Below, one piece after another: positions 49,834 through 58,376 of a stretch of 64,000 nucleotides of DNA. The notes beneath the pieces were generated by a model that saw nothing but the letters and a program-made list of their open reading frames with translations, ran no database searches and was not told where the DNA came from. The translations under genes and the position numbers were made by a program. This DNA is from Candidatus Multivoradales bacterium (lineage in GTDB: Bacteria; Acidobacteriota; Thermoanaerobaculia; Multivoradales; J023), in contig CBDFLE010000006.1 of NCBI GenBank assembly GCA_965248925.1, positions 2,880,001 to 2,944,000 of the forward strand, read 5' to 3'. Positions within the stretch are counted from its first letter, which is position 1, and the number at the start of each line of letters is the position of its first letter.

Positions 49834-50564
49834 GAGCCGCCCTCTACCACCGCACCAGCGTTGCCGACCAGGCGCTCGGTGCTCCGACATCTGATGGCCT
49901 CGACCGTCTGCGCCGGCACGCCACCACCCAAGGCTGGACGGTGGTTACCGAGCTGTACGATCGACTGGTCACCCACAATCAGGTGCGCCCAAAGTGGCGT
50001 GAGCTGCGCGAGATCGTGTCTGCCGGCACGATCGAGCTAATAGCGGTGACCAGCCTGTGCCGACTCTTCCCATCGCCCGTGCTACTCGTACAACAAGGGT
50101 GGGAATGGGTCGAGTCGGGGGTGGCCATCGTCAGCCTCGAGGACTGCCTCAACACAACTACAGAGCCCGACGCCAGAGTCTGGCGCCGTAGCCTGCAGAT
50201 GCTAGAGCGTTACCGGGTCGAACGGCACGGCGAAGCTACCCGCGTCGGCGCCATTCGCGCCCAGGCAGCCGCCGGCGGATCGCCCATCGGTGGTCGGCCG
50301 ATGGCCGCCGTCGATCGGCTCGAGCTGGCCGACCTGTACCGCAAGGGTCTCAGCTACCGCGACATGCATGCCGAGATTCGGCGCCGCAGCGGCGGCGAGT
50401 CCTACGGCTATACGACGATGGTCAAGCACCTGCACCTGATGAGGGATGACGGCGTGCTCGACTCGGCAGGGAGGCTTGCCTCTCAGGCCACGACGCCTCT
50501 CAAACGAGGTGGACGTCCGCGAAAATCTTCAAAACCCGGTCTTTTACAAGCTCCAACCCATTAA
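49830..50564 (+). CDS. Serine recombinase (resolvase-like) with C-terminal HTH
   Basis: MRAALYHRTSVADQ, RPKW, divergent LCRLFPS for LDRLxR, GGRP + HTH. Confidence 0.75.
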   Translation: MRAALYHRTSVADQALGAPTSDGLDRLRRHATTQGWTVVTELYDRLVTHNQVRPKWRELREIVSAGTIELIAVTSLCRLFPSPVLLVQQGWEWVESGVAIVSLEDCLNTTTEPDARVWRRSLQMLERYRVERHGEATRVGAIRAQAAAGGSPIGGRPMAAVDRLELADLYRKGLSYRDMHAEIRRRSGGESYGYTTMVKHLHLMRDDGVLDSAGRLASQATTPLKRGGRPRKSSKPGLLQAPTH

Positions 50565-50582
50565 CCGGGTTTCGAGGGTTAC

Positions 50583-51476
50583 ATGGCATACGGAAAAATC
50601 CATGAGGGCTTTTGGACCGGGGAGACCGGCAGGGCCATCACGAGGGCGGGCCCCGAAGCGCGGGTTGTGGCTGCCTATCTGGTGAGCCCGCCTGGAGGCG
50701 GGTCGATGGTGGGGGTTTACCGCTTGCCACTACCAACGCTCGCCTACGACATCGGCATCGACATCGCAGCCGCAGAAGCCGCGCTCGAGCAACTCGAGCA
50801 ACTCGGCTTCTGCGAAGTCGATCGCGAGACCGACCACGTCTTCGTCTGCTCGATGCCTGCGGCTCGCAACGGAGCCGAACTCAAGCCAGGCGACAAGCGG
50901 GTGCCACGAATTCGGAAGCTGCTGGACGAGCTGCAGTCAGCGACGCTACGCCGCTCATTCTTACTTCGCTATGGCGCAGCCTACAATTGCGCCTTCGATG
51001 GGGCATCCGATGCCCCATGCAACGCCCCATCGCATGCCCCTTCGATGCATGCAGATGCAGATGCAGATGTAGTAGATCCTGATGGATCTACTGTCGCGAT
51101 CAAGCGCAGCAAGCGCAGCAAGCGCAAACTCAGCCGATCTCAGCAAGATATCGAAGTGCTGCTCAAGGTGTGGGACGTCGCCGAATTCGAGCGACCTTCG
51201 CCGCAAGAAATCCCTCGCCTGGCCAGAGTCCTCAAGGCCTACCGCCAGGCCAGGGGCAACGATGGCCTCGACCTGATGGTCCACGACCTACAGACCTCGG
51301 TCCGGCTCGGCCATCTCGAGCGGGGCTTGAGCTACGTGCAGGTGGTACTGACCAACCGTGTCAAGACCGGCTCAATGGGCACCGGCAGCACTCAACGGCC
51401 ACCTCAAGGCACGGCCCGTACCGCTGGAGCCAACACCGCCACCGGCAAGGCCTTCGACCGATTGGGGAGCGGCTGA
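50583..51476 (+). CDS. Phage replication initiator (replisome organiser-like)
   Basis: YGKIHEGFWTG, GVYRLP..LAYDIG wHTH, internal repeats, DADAD linker; upstream of a DnaC-like gene. Confidence 0.8.
   Translation: MAYGKIHEGFWTGETGRAITRAGPEARVVAAYLVSPPGGGSMVGVYRLPLPTLAYDIGIDIAAAEAALEQLEQLGFCEVDRETDHVFVCSMPAARNGAELKPGDKRVPRIRKLLDELQSATLRRSFLLRYGAAYNCAFDGASDAPCNAPSHAPSMHADADADVVDPDGSTVAIKRSKRSKRKLSRSQQDIEVLLKVWDVAEFERPSPQEIPRLARVLKAYRQARGNDGLDLMVHDLQTSVRLGHLERGLSYVQVVLTNRVKTGSMGTGSTQRPPQGTARTAGANTATGKAFDRLGSG
50997..51075. repeat. Iteron-like repeats within the initiator gene (putative origin)
   Basis: GATGGGGCATC, GATGCCCCATG, ACGCCCCATC, CATGCCCCTTC, then GCAGAT x3. Confidence 0.65.
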
Positions 51477-52183
51477 TGCTCGCCCTCCGCCTGACCTCGG
51501 CTGACTGGCCAACATGGCCCTGCCCCAGCTGCCACGAGATGCTCACTGCCGCCACCGAGCCCGCTGGCGATCGCTGCTGCGTAGCCTGCGCCGGGGCCAA
51601 TCGCGCCGCCGATCTGGCTAGTTTCCAGCAGCCAAGGAGCACCGAGGTGCTGGCCAGCGCTGGCGTGCCAGACGAGTTTCGCAAAAAGTTCGATCCCGCC
51701 CGCCTCCCAGGCGGCCGCTGGCCTCGACATCCCAAGAGCCACTGCGCCGAGCGCCACCAGGTCGATCTGGCCAACTGGCAAGGCGATCCCTGGTCCGTGC
51801 TGCTCTGGGGGGACGTAGGCACCGGCAAGACGATGCTCGCCGTGGAATTACTTCGCCGCCTGGCCACCCACGGCGCCCGGCCAGTTCGCTGGATACGAGC
51901 CAGCCAGATCGTCGAGGCAGTATTCGCCCGACGTCTCCAGCTCGAGCACCTCGCCAACCTCCCCGGCCTCGTCGTCGACGACATCGCCCGCGGCTACACC
52001 GCCGACGCCGCCCACCACCTGATCGCCGATCTCATCGCTCGCCGCCACCAACATCACAAGCCAACCCTCTGGACCACAAACCTCACCCCAAAAGCGCTCT
52101 ACCAGCTGATCCCAGACGCCGCCGACCGCCTCCGCCACCACGGTCTGGTAGTGCCGATGCGCGGGGAGAGCCTGCGCAGATGA
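51476..52183 (+). CDS. DnaC/IstB-like helicase loader ATPase
   Basis: CPSC..CVAC zinc motif, GDVGTGKT, LVVDDI, TTN, DRL, GESLR. Confidence 0.88.
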   Translation: MLALRLTSADWPTWPCPSCHEMLTAATEPAGDRCCVACAGANRAADLASFQQPRSTEVLASAGVPDEFRKKFDPARLPGGRWPRHPKSHCAERHQVDLANWQGDPWSVLLWGDVGTGKTMLAVELLRRLATHGARPVRWIRASQIVEAVFARRLQLEHLANLPGLVVDDIARGYTADAAHHLIADLIARRHQHHKPTLWTTNLTPKALYQLIPDAADRLRHHGLVVPMRGESLRR

Positions 52184-52980
52184 GTGGGGGTTGGACAATG
52201 GGTATGGCCCGCCGCCTGGCCGAGCTTTGCGGTGGGCGCCCTGCCGCCGTGGAGACCGCCGACCTGGCGGTCCTCGACCAACAATTTCCAGACGTGCTGC
52301 GGGCGCTTGAAGCGCTAGCCAAGATGGGCCGCAAAGTGTGGTCAGACTCCGAATCCCGCCTGATTGCTCGGCTCTACCCCACTACCGACACTTTCGAACT
52401 GGCCCGCCAGGTGGGAGTCTCGCCTTTTCAGCTCTACCGACGAGCATCGTGGTTGGGGCTCGCCAAATCGGCGCCCTTCCGCCGGGAATTAGCCCGACAA
52501 TGCGGTGAGCGGCTCAAACTCGTCGGCGCCTCGACCAGATACCCACCGGGACACTCCCCGGCAAACAAGGGCGTCAAAGGATGGCAAGCGGGCGGCAGAT
52601 CCAGAGCAACCCAATTCAAAATGGGACACCGCCCCCAAACCTACCGGCCCATCGGTTCGGTAACGACAGATCGCGACGGCTACCTCAAGATCAAGGTCAG
52701 TGACGAGGGCAAGCAGGTCGAGAGATGGAGATTCGCCCACGTACTGGCCTGGGAAAGGTCCACAGGTCGACTAGTGCCCAAGGGGCATGCGGTGGTTTTT
52801 CGAGATAGCGACAAGGCCAACGTCGAACCGTCGAATCTCGAACTCGTAAGCCGCGCAGAACTCATGCGTCGCAACACAATTCACAACCTGCCCGAGCCGA
52901 TCAAAAGGGTGTTATTCGCGAAGTCCAGGCTCACCCGAGTTATCCGCGAAAAGGAACGGTCCCAAAATGCCAAAACGTAA
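52180..52980 (+). CDS. HNH endonuclease-domain phage protein
   Basis: PANKG, RPIGS..DGYLKIKV, HVLAWE...HAVVFRDSDKAN...NLELVSR. Confidence 0.85.
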   Translation: MSGGWTMGMARRLAELCGGRPAAVETADLAVLDQQFPDVLRALEALAKMGRKVWSDSESRLIARLYPTTDTFELARQVGVSPFQLYRRASWLGLAKSAPFRRELARQCGERLKLVGASTRYPPGHSPANKGVKGWQAGGRSRATQFKMGHRPQTYRPIGSVTTDRDGYLKIKVSDEGKQVERWRFAHVLAWERSTGRLVPKGHAVVFRDSDKANVEPSNLELVSRAELMRRNTIHNLPEPIKRVLFAKSRLTRVIREKERSQNAKT

Positions 52981-53209
52981 TTCGATGGAAGATCTGCGCG
53001 ACCACCTATTTGAAGCCCTGGAGCGGCTGAAGGAAGCTGGACCACACGTCCTCGGTGAGGAGATCGAGCGATCGAAGGCGATCGCTGCAGTCACCACCCA
53101 GCTTGTCGATACGGCAAAGGTCGAATTGAGCTTCCACAAGTTAACCGCCGAGTCCGTCGTCGAAACTACTGCCTCGCGACTTCTCGCCGCGAGCGACCAA
53201 GCCGAATGA
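52967..53209 (+). CDS. Small phage protein following the HNH gene
   Basis: NSMEDLRDHLFEALERL...EIERSKAI. Confidence 0.75.
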   Translation: MPKRNSMEDLRDHLFEALERLKEAGPHVLGEEIERSKAIAAVTTQLVDTAKVELSFHKLTAESVVETTASRLLAASDQAE

Positions 53210-54531
53210 GCCGGTCCCCACCCTGGAGCGAGGAGTGCGAGCGGGCCGTGCTGGGCTCGATCGTGCTCCATCCACCGGCTCTGCTTGAGGTCGCTGACCG
53301 GCTGCGACCTGATGCCTTCTACCTCGAGCGCCACCGCATCCTCTACCAGACGATGCTCGACCTGCAGGCTGCGGGTATCGAGATAGACCTGCGCACTCTG
53401 CAGGCGCGTCTCGAGGTGAGTGGGAAGTTTGATCAGATCGGCGGACTGGCCTTTGTCGCAACCCTCGATGACTCTTTGCCCGAGTTGGGGCGTATTCGCA
53501 CCTACGCCGATACGGTGATTGACCGTGCCTTGCGCCGGCAGCTCGCTGACAGCTGCGACCAAATCCGGAGCCTCGCCAACGACTCAGAGCACTCTGGCGC
53601 CGAGGCCCTCGCCGCCAGCGAAGAGCTGCTCTTCGAGCTCGGGCAGTCCAGCCTCCGCACCGATATTTGCTCTCTAGCAGAGGCCTACACCTCGACCATT
53701 GAGCGCCTAGAGCAGCGCTCAGAAGGCATGCTCGGCCTCCGAACCGGCTTCTATGACTGGGACCGTATGACCTTGGGCCTAGTCGGCGGCAACCTGGTGG
53801 TCATCGCCGGGCGCCCAGGATCGGGCAAGACCTGTTTCGCCCTCAACGTGGCGCAGCACGTTGCCTTCCGTGCCGATGGCAAAGTGCTGCTCTTCAGCGT
53901 CGAGATGGACGCTGAAGAACTGACCTTGCGTTTGCTCTCCAGCGAAGCGCAGGTGCCGTTCAAAGCGGTGCGAGCCGCGCGGATGTCCGAACTGCAATGG
54001 GAGCGCGTCCACGGCCACATGCAGCGCACCCAACACGCCAGCCTGTCGATCGACGCCACCCCGGCCCCCACCGTAGCCGAGATTGCCGCCAAAGCCCGCC
54101 GCCACCAGCGCCGGCACGGCCTCGACCTGCTGGTAATCGACTACCTCCAGCTCCTCGAGGGCAACAACCCTCGAAACCGGAACCTAGAAATCAGCGCGAT
54201 GACCCGAGCGCTCAAGCGCCTTGCCAAAGAACTCCGTGTGCCGATAATGCTCCTCAGCCAGCTCAGCCGTCAAACCGAGCGCCGTACCGGCAACCATCGA
54301 CCCCAGCTCGCCGACCTCCGCGACAGCGGCTCCATCGAGCAAGACGCGGATATGGTCTGCTTCATCTACCGCGACGAGCTCTACAACAAAGACGACCCCA
54401 GCAACAAGGGTCTAGCCGAGCTCATAGTGAGTAAGCAAAGAAACGGCGAAACAGGGACGGTGCCGCTAGTTTTTGTTGGCGAAATGGTGACCTTCAGAAG
54501 CTTCGATCGCCGTGGTTCGTCTCCGTTCTGA
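53206..54531 (+). CDS. dnaB: Replicative DNA helicase (phage-encoded DnaB)
   Basis: AGRPGSGKT, FSVEM, IDYLQL, LSQLSR, DLRDSGSIEQDAD, KQRNG. Confidence 0.97.
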   Translation: MSRSPPWSEECERAVLGSIVLHPPALLEVADRLRPDAFYLERHRILYQTMLDLQAAGIEIDLRTLQARLEVSGKFDQIGGLAFVATLDDSLPELGRIRTYADTVIDRALRRQLADSCDQIRSLANDSEHSGAEALAASEELLFELGQSSLRTDICSLAEAYTSTIERLEQRSEGMLGLRTGFYDWDRMTLGLVGGNLVVIAGRPGSGKTCFALNVAQHVAFRADGKVLLFSVEMDAEELTLRLLSSEAQVPFKAVRAARMSELQWERVHGHMQRTQHASLSIDATPAPTVAEIAAKARRHQRRHGLDLLVIDYLQLLEGNNPRNRNLEISAMTRALKRLAKELRVPIMLLSQLSRQTERRTGNHRPQLADLRDSGSIEQDADMVCFIYRDELYNKDDPSNKGLAELIVSKQRNGETGTVPLVFVGEMVTFRSFDRRGSSPF

Positions 54532-54936
54532 GGCTAGCCGAAGCTCCTTCTGAAGACGCGTGGCGAGTCGCCGCAAGCGACAGTAATTGCCGCTGCCGCC
54601 GCGGGACTGCTTGATCCGGGCCACTATGACGGTCAACAGTCCATCGCGGTCGACCCCTACAACTCGCTCAGGGTCGAGCAGGTCGTTCGAGCTTTTCCAG
54701 GATCTGCCGTCCGACGTGATCAGCAGATCGACTTGCCGGTTGAGTTCGAACGCCGACAATGCCCAATGGCGGCTGCCGATCCTGATCCCCGCGTCTCTGG
54801 ATAGCGCCTGCAGATCACCCAGCAGCGGACCCGTCAGAGGATCACGCCCGATCAGATACCAAGCCAGACGCTGCACACCGGCTTCCTCTGCTACCAGCAG
54901 CAAACTCACAATCTGTTTGAGTTTGGGCGGCTTCAA
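54466..54936 (-). CDS. Hypothetical protein
   Basis: 156-aa ORF with GGAG upstream, divergent from the RHH gene; overlaps the dnaB 3' end. Confidence 0.5.
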   Translation of the reverse strand: MKPPKLKQIVSLLLVAEEAGVQRLAWYLIGRDPLTGPLLGDLQALSRDAGIRIGSRHWALSAFELNRQVDLLITSDGRSWKSSNDLLDPERVVGVDRDGLLTVIVARIKQSRGGSGNYCRLRRLATRLQKELRLASERRRTTAIEASEGHHFANKN

Positions 54937-55028
54937 CCTTTCGTCTCCTATGGGGTGGGAGACGAATATTAGAGTCCTTTGTACCCAACTGTCAATGTTG
55001 TCATGCAGGATTTGGGTAGCTTAGTGAC

Positions 55029-55214
55029 ATGGCAGCAAGAATTGGACCGCGCGGCGGCAAAACCACAGTGACCAAGAGCGGTTTGATCCGCACCGTGGTC
55101 TATCTGCACGCCGACGAGCGGCGCGCGCTCAAGCTAGCTGCTGTCGATCGCGAATGCTCAGGCAGCGACATCATGCGCCAAGCACTGCGCGACCACCTTG
55201 GCCTCGAAGACTGA
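55029..55214 (+). CDS. Ribbon-helix-helix (CopG-like) protein
   Basis: RTVVYL..DERRALKLAA....SGSDIMRQALRDHL. Confidence 0.75.
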   Translation: MAARIGPRGGKTTVTKSGLIRTVVYLHADERRALKLAAVDRECSGSDIMRQALRDHLGLED

Positions 55215-55835
55215 TCAGATCTCAAGCGGCGGCCGATCAGCGGCCGCCGCCAGGTGCTGCTCGGGGTGCAGCTCATGCAGGTAGATCATCGTAGTGAGCG
55301 GACTACTGTGTCCGAGCATTGCGGTAATAGTGGCCAGAGTTTTGCCCTCGGCGTGCAGTTCGGAGGCGTAGCAGTGACGTAGCAGGTGCGGGTTGACCCG
55401 CTTCTTAATGCCGACCGCTTTCGCCCGCCGGCACAACATCGCCCGCACCGCCTGCTGAGACATCTCCCTGCCCGGGCGAAGTTGGCCTCGGCTGATGGTA
55501 CAGATCAAAGGGGAGCCCGCCGGCATGCCCTGATCTCGCCGCCGATCGATCCATCGTCGCACCAACTCTAGCGCCCCTCCATCCAAGCGCACCACGCGGC
55601 GGCGGGCACCCTTACCCCGATGGACAGTCACATCGCCTGTCGTGCAGGCGACGTCGCGCGGCAGCAGGGCAAGGGCCTCGGCCAGGCGCAGACCGCCGCG
55701 GTAGAGCAGCACAATCAGAGCCGTATCGCGCACCCCCGCCAGGCCCCGTGCGCGGTAGGCATGGCCGATCAGCGCGCGAGCCTCCTCGGCGGTGAGCAGC
55801 TCGACCTTCCTTTTTCGTTTGTCCATATAGGGCAC
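55215..55835 (-). CDS. Short tyrosine recombinase (catalytic domain only, 206 aa)
   Basis: GLRLAE, GKG, HLLRH, LGH, TMIY all intact; GAGG RBS. Confidence 0.93.
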   Translation of the reverse strand: MPYMDKRKRKVELLTAEEARALIGHAYRARGLAGVRDTALIVLLYRGGLRLAEALALLPRDVACTTGDVTVHRGKGARRRVVRLDGGALELVRRWIDRRRDQGMPAGSPLICTISRGQLRPGREMSQQAVRAMLCRRAKAVGIKKRVNPHLLRHCYASELHAEGKTLATITAMLGHSSPLTTMIYLHELHPEQHLAAAADRPPLEI

Positions 55836-55985
55836 CTCAATTTTCGAGCCCCAGACCGAAGGCGGTTCTGAGGAGGGGGGGGTGGTTAGGATTCTGGCGA
55901 CGGCTGGCGACCGGTTGAACGGTTACGCAAAGCTCACTGAGTGGTGTAATCAGCTGAGTCTTGTGCGGTGTCTCGTTCCGCATCA

Positions 55986-56250
55986 ATAGTTGCTACTATC
56001 TCCAATTAGAGCAACTATATAGTACTACTCTTGGTCTGCTTCGTCTATTCGCAACTATTACGCGATTTAATTTCGTTTGGTCACGATGATCGGGACTACC
56101 GTTTTGCGACCGCTCAATGATGGGGCATCGATGGGGCATCAAAGCCAGGCGCGACGGGGTTTGGCAGGGTCGCTCGAATTTCGTTCGGCGACTAGTCCGC
56201 CGTCCGGCAGGGCAGCCAAGACGGTATTGACTTGATCTAAGTTACTGATT
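55986..56250. other. Putative recombination/replication control site
   Basis: ATAGTTGCT..AGCAACTAT inverted repeat, third half-site at 56051, GATGGGGCATC x2 at 56119-56140, IHF consensus at 56238-56250. Confidence 0.6.
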
Positions 56251-56586
56251 CTACAAGGGTCATACCAGCGGCAATGCGACGAATACTGACCGGACAGAAT
56301 AGGATTTCTGGAAGGTCAGGGCATGAGCTGTGGACTGGGCAGCTCTTGAGCCAGAGTTGCAGAAGTCTGAGAGGTAGCGCTGTCGTGGTGCAGAGCCGCT
56401 GAGTCCTGTCATCGACGGGTGCCGCACCGGCTCTGAGCAGATGCTTGAGAGTGGTGTCCGAACCACTATCACAGGTGAGTCATAGGGCGTGCCGCTCGAC
56501 ATGAGCAGTCTTGATAATCAAGGCCATTGCTCCGATCGACTCCAACCCATTTGGGCAGGATGCCGCAGAAGGGCTAACCCCCCCGG

Positions 56587-57558
56587 CTAGGGTTGGGCAA
56601 TGGACTCGAGTAGCTCATGGGCCAGGTGCCGCCGAACTCGTCGACGGCGTTTCAACGGATGCTTGTGCTGCCACAGTCGCTGGGCGCTGGCGTCGGTGGC
56701 GTGGGCATAGCGCATTGTCGTCTTCACATCTCGATGGCGCATCCAGCTCTGTATCTCTTTGATCGGCCAGCCGTCCTGCGACAATTGGGTCGCCAGGCTA
56801 TGCCGCAAGGCATGGAAGCTCAGCCGCCGACCGCGCGGCTCGATCTCCGCCCGAGTGGCCGCCCGCCGAAAGATCTCCGCCGCCGCTCCCCGGCCAAGGT
56901 GACCCCCCCGGTAGGAGGGGAACAACCAAGGCCCCCCCGGTAGGCGAGACCGAAACGAGGCCAGGTAAGCGGCCAGCATGCGACCTACTTGGACGTCGAA
57001 GATCGGGCGCCGAAGATCTCCACGCGCCCGCTTGCCAGCCAACAGCACCGAGTAGCCACGTTCATCGCGACCGATCTCATCGAGCCGCAACTCTCCGGGT
57101 TCGCTCGCCCTCAGGCCGAGGTGATAGCTGATCGCCAGCACCATCTGGTCGCGGGCCGCCAGTACGTCTGACGGCAGCGTGCCAGGGCGCCCCCCGAAGC
57201 ACAGCCGAAGGACTTCTGCTCGGGTCAAGTGCGGGGCTTCCGTCTGGTAGACCCTCGGCGCTCGCAGGTCCTTCGCCGGCGACCTACCGATCACCCCACG
57301 CAGAGCGAGAAACTCGCAGAAGCTGCGAATGGCTGACACCCCCCCGGCTCTAGTCGAGCTGGCAGCCCCGGCCACGTAGAGATTTCGCAGATGGTTGTCG
57401 AGGTTGACAGCGTCGAGACTGGCCCAACCGCCGATCTCCTGATCCTCGGCCAGGTGGACAACCGCTCGACGGTACCGGGCAAGAGTTGAAGGAGCCAAAC
57501 CTCGTACTGCCGCCAGGTGGGCCAACCAATCGTCAATCTGCGGATCTGCGCGTTTCAT
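56587..57558 (-). CDS. XerC/D-like tyrosine recombinase
   Basis: RGLAPSTLARY SAM-like domain, GLRASE, GKR, HALRH, MRH, TMRY. Confidence 0.93.
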   Translation of the reverse strand: MKRADPQIDDWLAHLAAVRGLAPSTLARYRRAVVHLAEDQEIGGWASLDAVNLDNHLRNLYVAGAASSTRAGGVSAIRSFCEFLALRGVIGRSPAKDLRAPRVYQTEAPHLTRAEVLRLCFGGRPGTLPSDVLAARDQMVLAISYHLGLRASEPGELRLDEIGRDERGYSVLLAGKRARGDLRRPIFDVQVGRMLAAYLASFRSRLPGGPWLFPSYRGGHLGRGAAAEIFRRAATRAEIEPRGRRLSFHALRHSLATQLSQDGWPIKEIQSWMRHRDVKTTMRYAHATDASAQRLWQHKHPLKRRRRVRRHLAHELLESIAQP

Positions 57559-57761
57559 GGGGTTCGAGTCTATATATTCGCCCTGGCGGTTCGGCAAAAA
57601 GTAAGGGTTTAGACCTTACTCGAAAAACCTCCAGCAGAACACACAAACCCCTGAAAACTAAAGACTTGTTGGCTCCTGATCCTCCCCGCCGGCTTGGCAT
57701 CGCTTGACATCCCTGCTATCGATCTCGTGTAGGCGGAGCCTCTCTCCGCCCCCCGATACCG

Positions 57762-58376
57762 GTGAGCGATGACCTCAAGAAGCCCAAAAAGCGCGGCCGC
57801 CCCAAAGGCCCGTGCAGCCCGGCCGAGCTGGCCCAGCGCCGCGGCGCCGCCTGGAAGCACGGCAGCCGAGCGTCGACTGCCTTACGGCAAACCGTCCACC
57901 CTTGCCGCGACGACCTCTGCCCGCTCGGCGACCGTGAGGCATGCACTATGAAAGACGCCGTCGAGGCCCGCGGCGGCGCCATGGAGACCTGCCTGCCCCG
58001 GCTCAAGCTCGATCCCCACATCGAGGCCGCCTACCGCCAGGCTTTGGTCGATGGCGACGACCAAGCCCTGCGCGCCTTGGTTGTGCAGTCAGTCGCCGGT
58101 CTGCACGGACTGCACTTCCAGGAGCTGGCGCAGGTGGTCACCGAAGGACTTGCCATCGAAGAAGATCTCTACGGCAAAGATGGCGATCTCCTCGGCACAC
58201 GCAAAGTGGCCAACCCCCGGGCCTACTCCCTTCTGGAGCTGGGAAAGCAGCTCGGCCTCACCGCCGACCAGCAAGCCATTACCCCCAAGAGCCGCGGCGA
58301 GACGCAGCGTGATGTTTCGGTCAGCAAGACCCTCGACCATGTACGGCGGCTGCGCCAGATGGAGAACGCGTCGTGA
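57762..58376 (+). CDS. Probable terminase small subunit
   Basis: AWKHG motif, ANP...LGLT C-terminal pattern; coupled to TerL. Confidence 0.7.
   Translation: MSDDLKKPKKRGRPKGPCSPAELAQRRGAAWKHGSRASTALRQTVHPCRDDLCPLGDREACTMKDAVEARGGAMETCLPRLKLDPHIEAAYRQALVDGDDQALRALVVQSVAGLHGLHFQELAQVVTEGLAIEEDLYGKDGDLLGTRKVANPRAYSLLELGKQLGLTADQQAITPKSRGETQRDVSVSKTLDHVRRLRQMENAS

Noticed and set aside
55871-56590. Inverted repeats (G-run + GGTTAG / CTAACC + C-run) bounding an invertible segment
   Set aside because: The match is short, low-complexity and gapped; not supportable without read evidence.
56260-56762. Short ORFs in the inter-recombinase region
   Set aside because: No clear RBS or domain; one overlaps the recombinase on the opposite strand.
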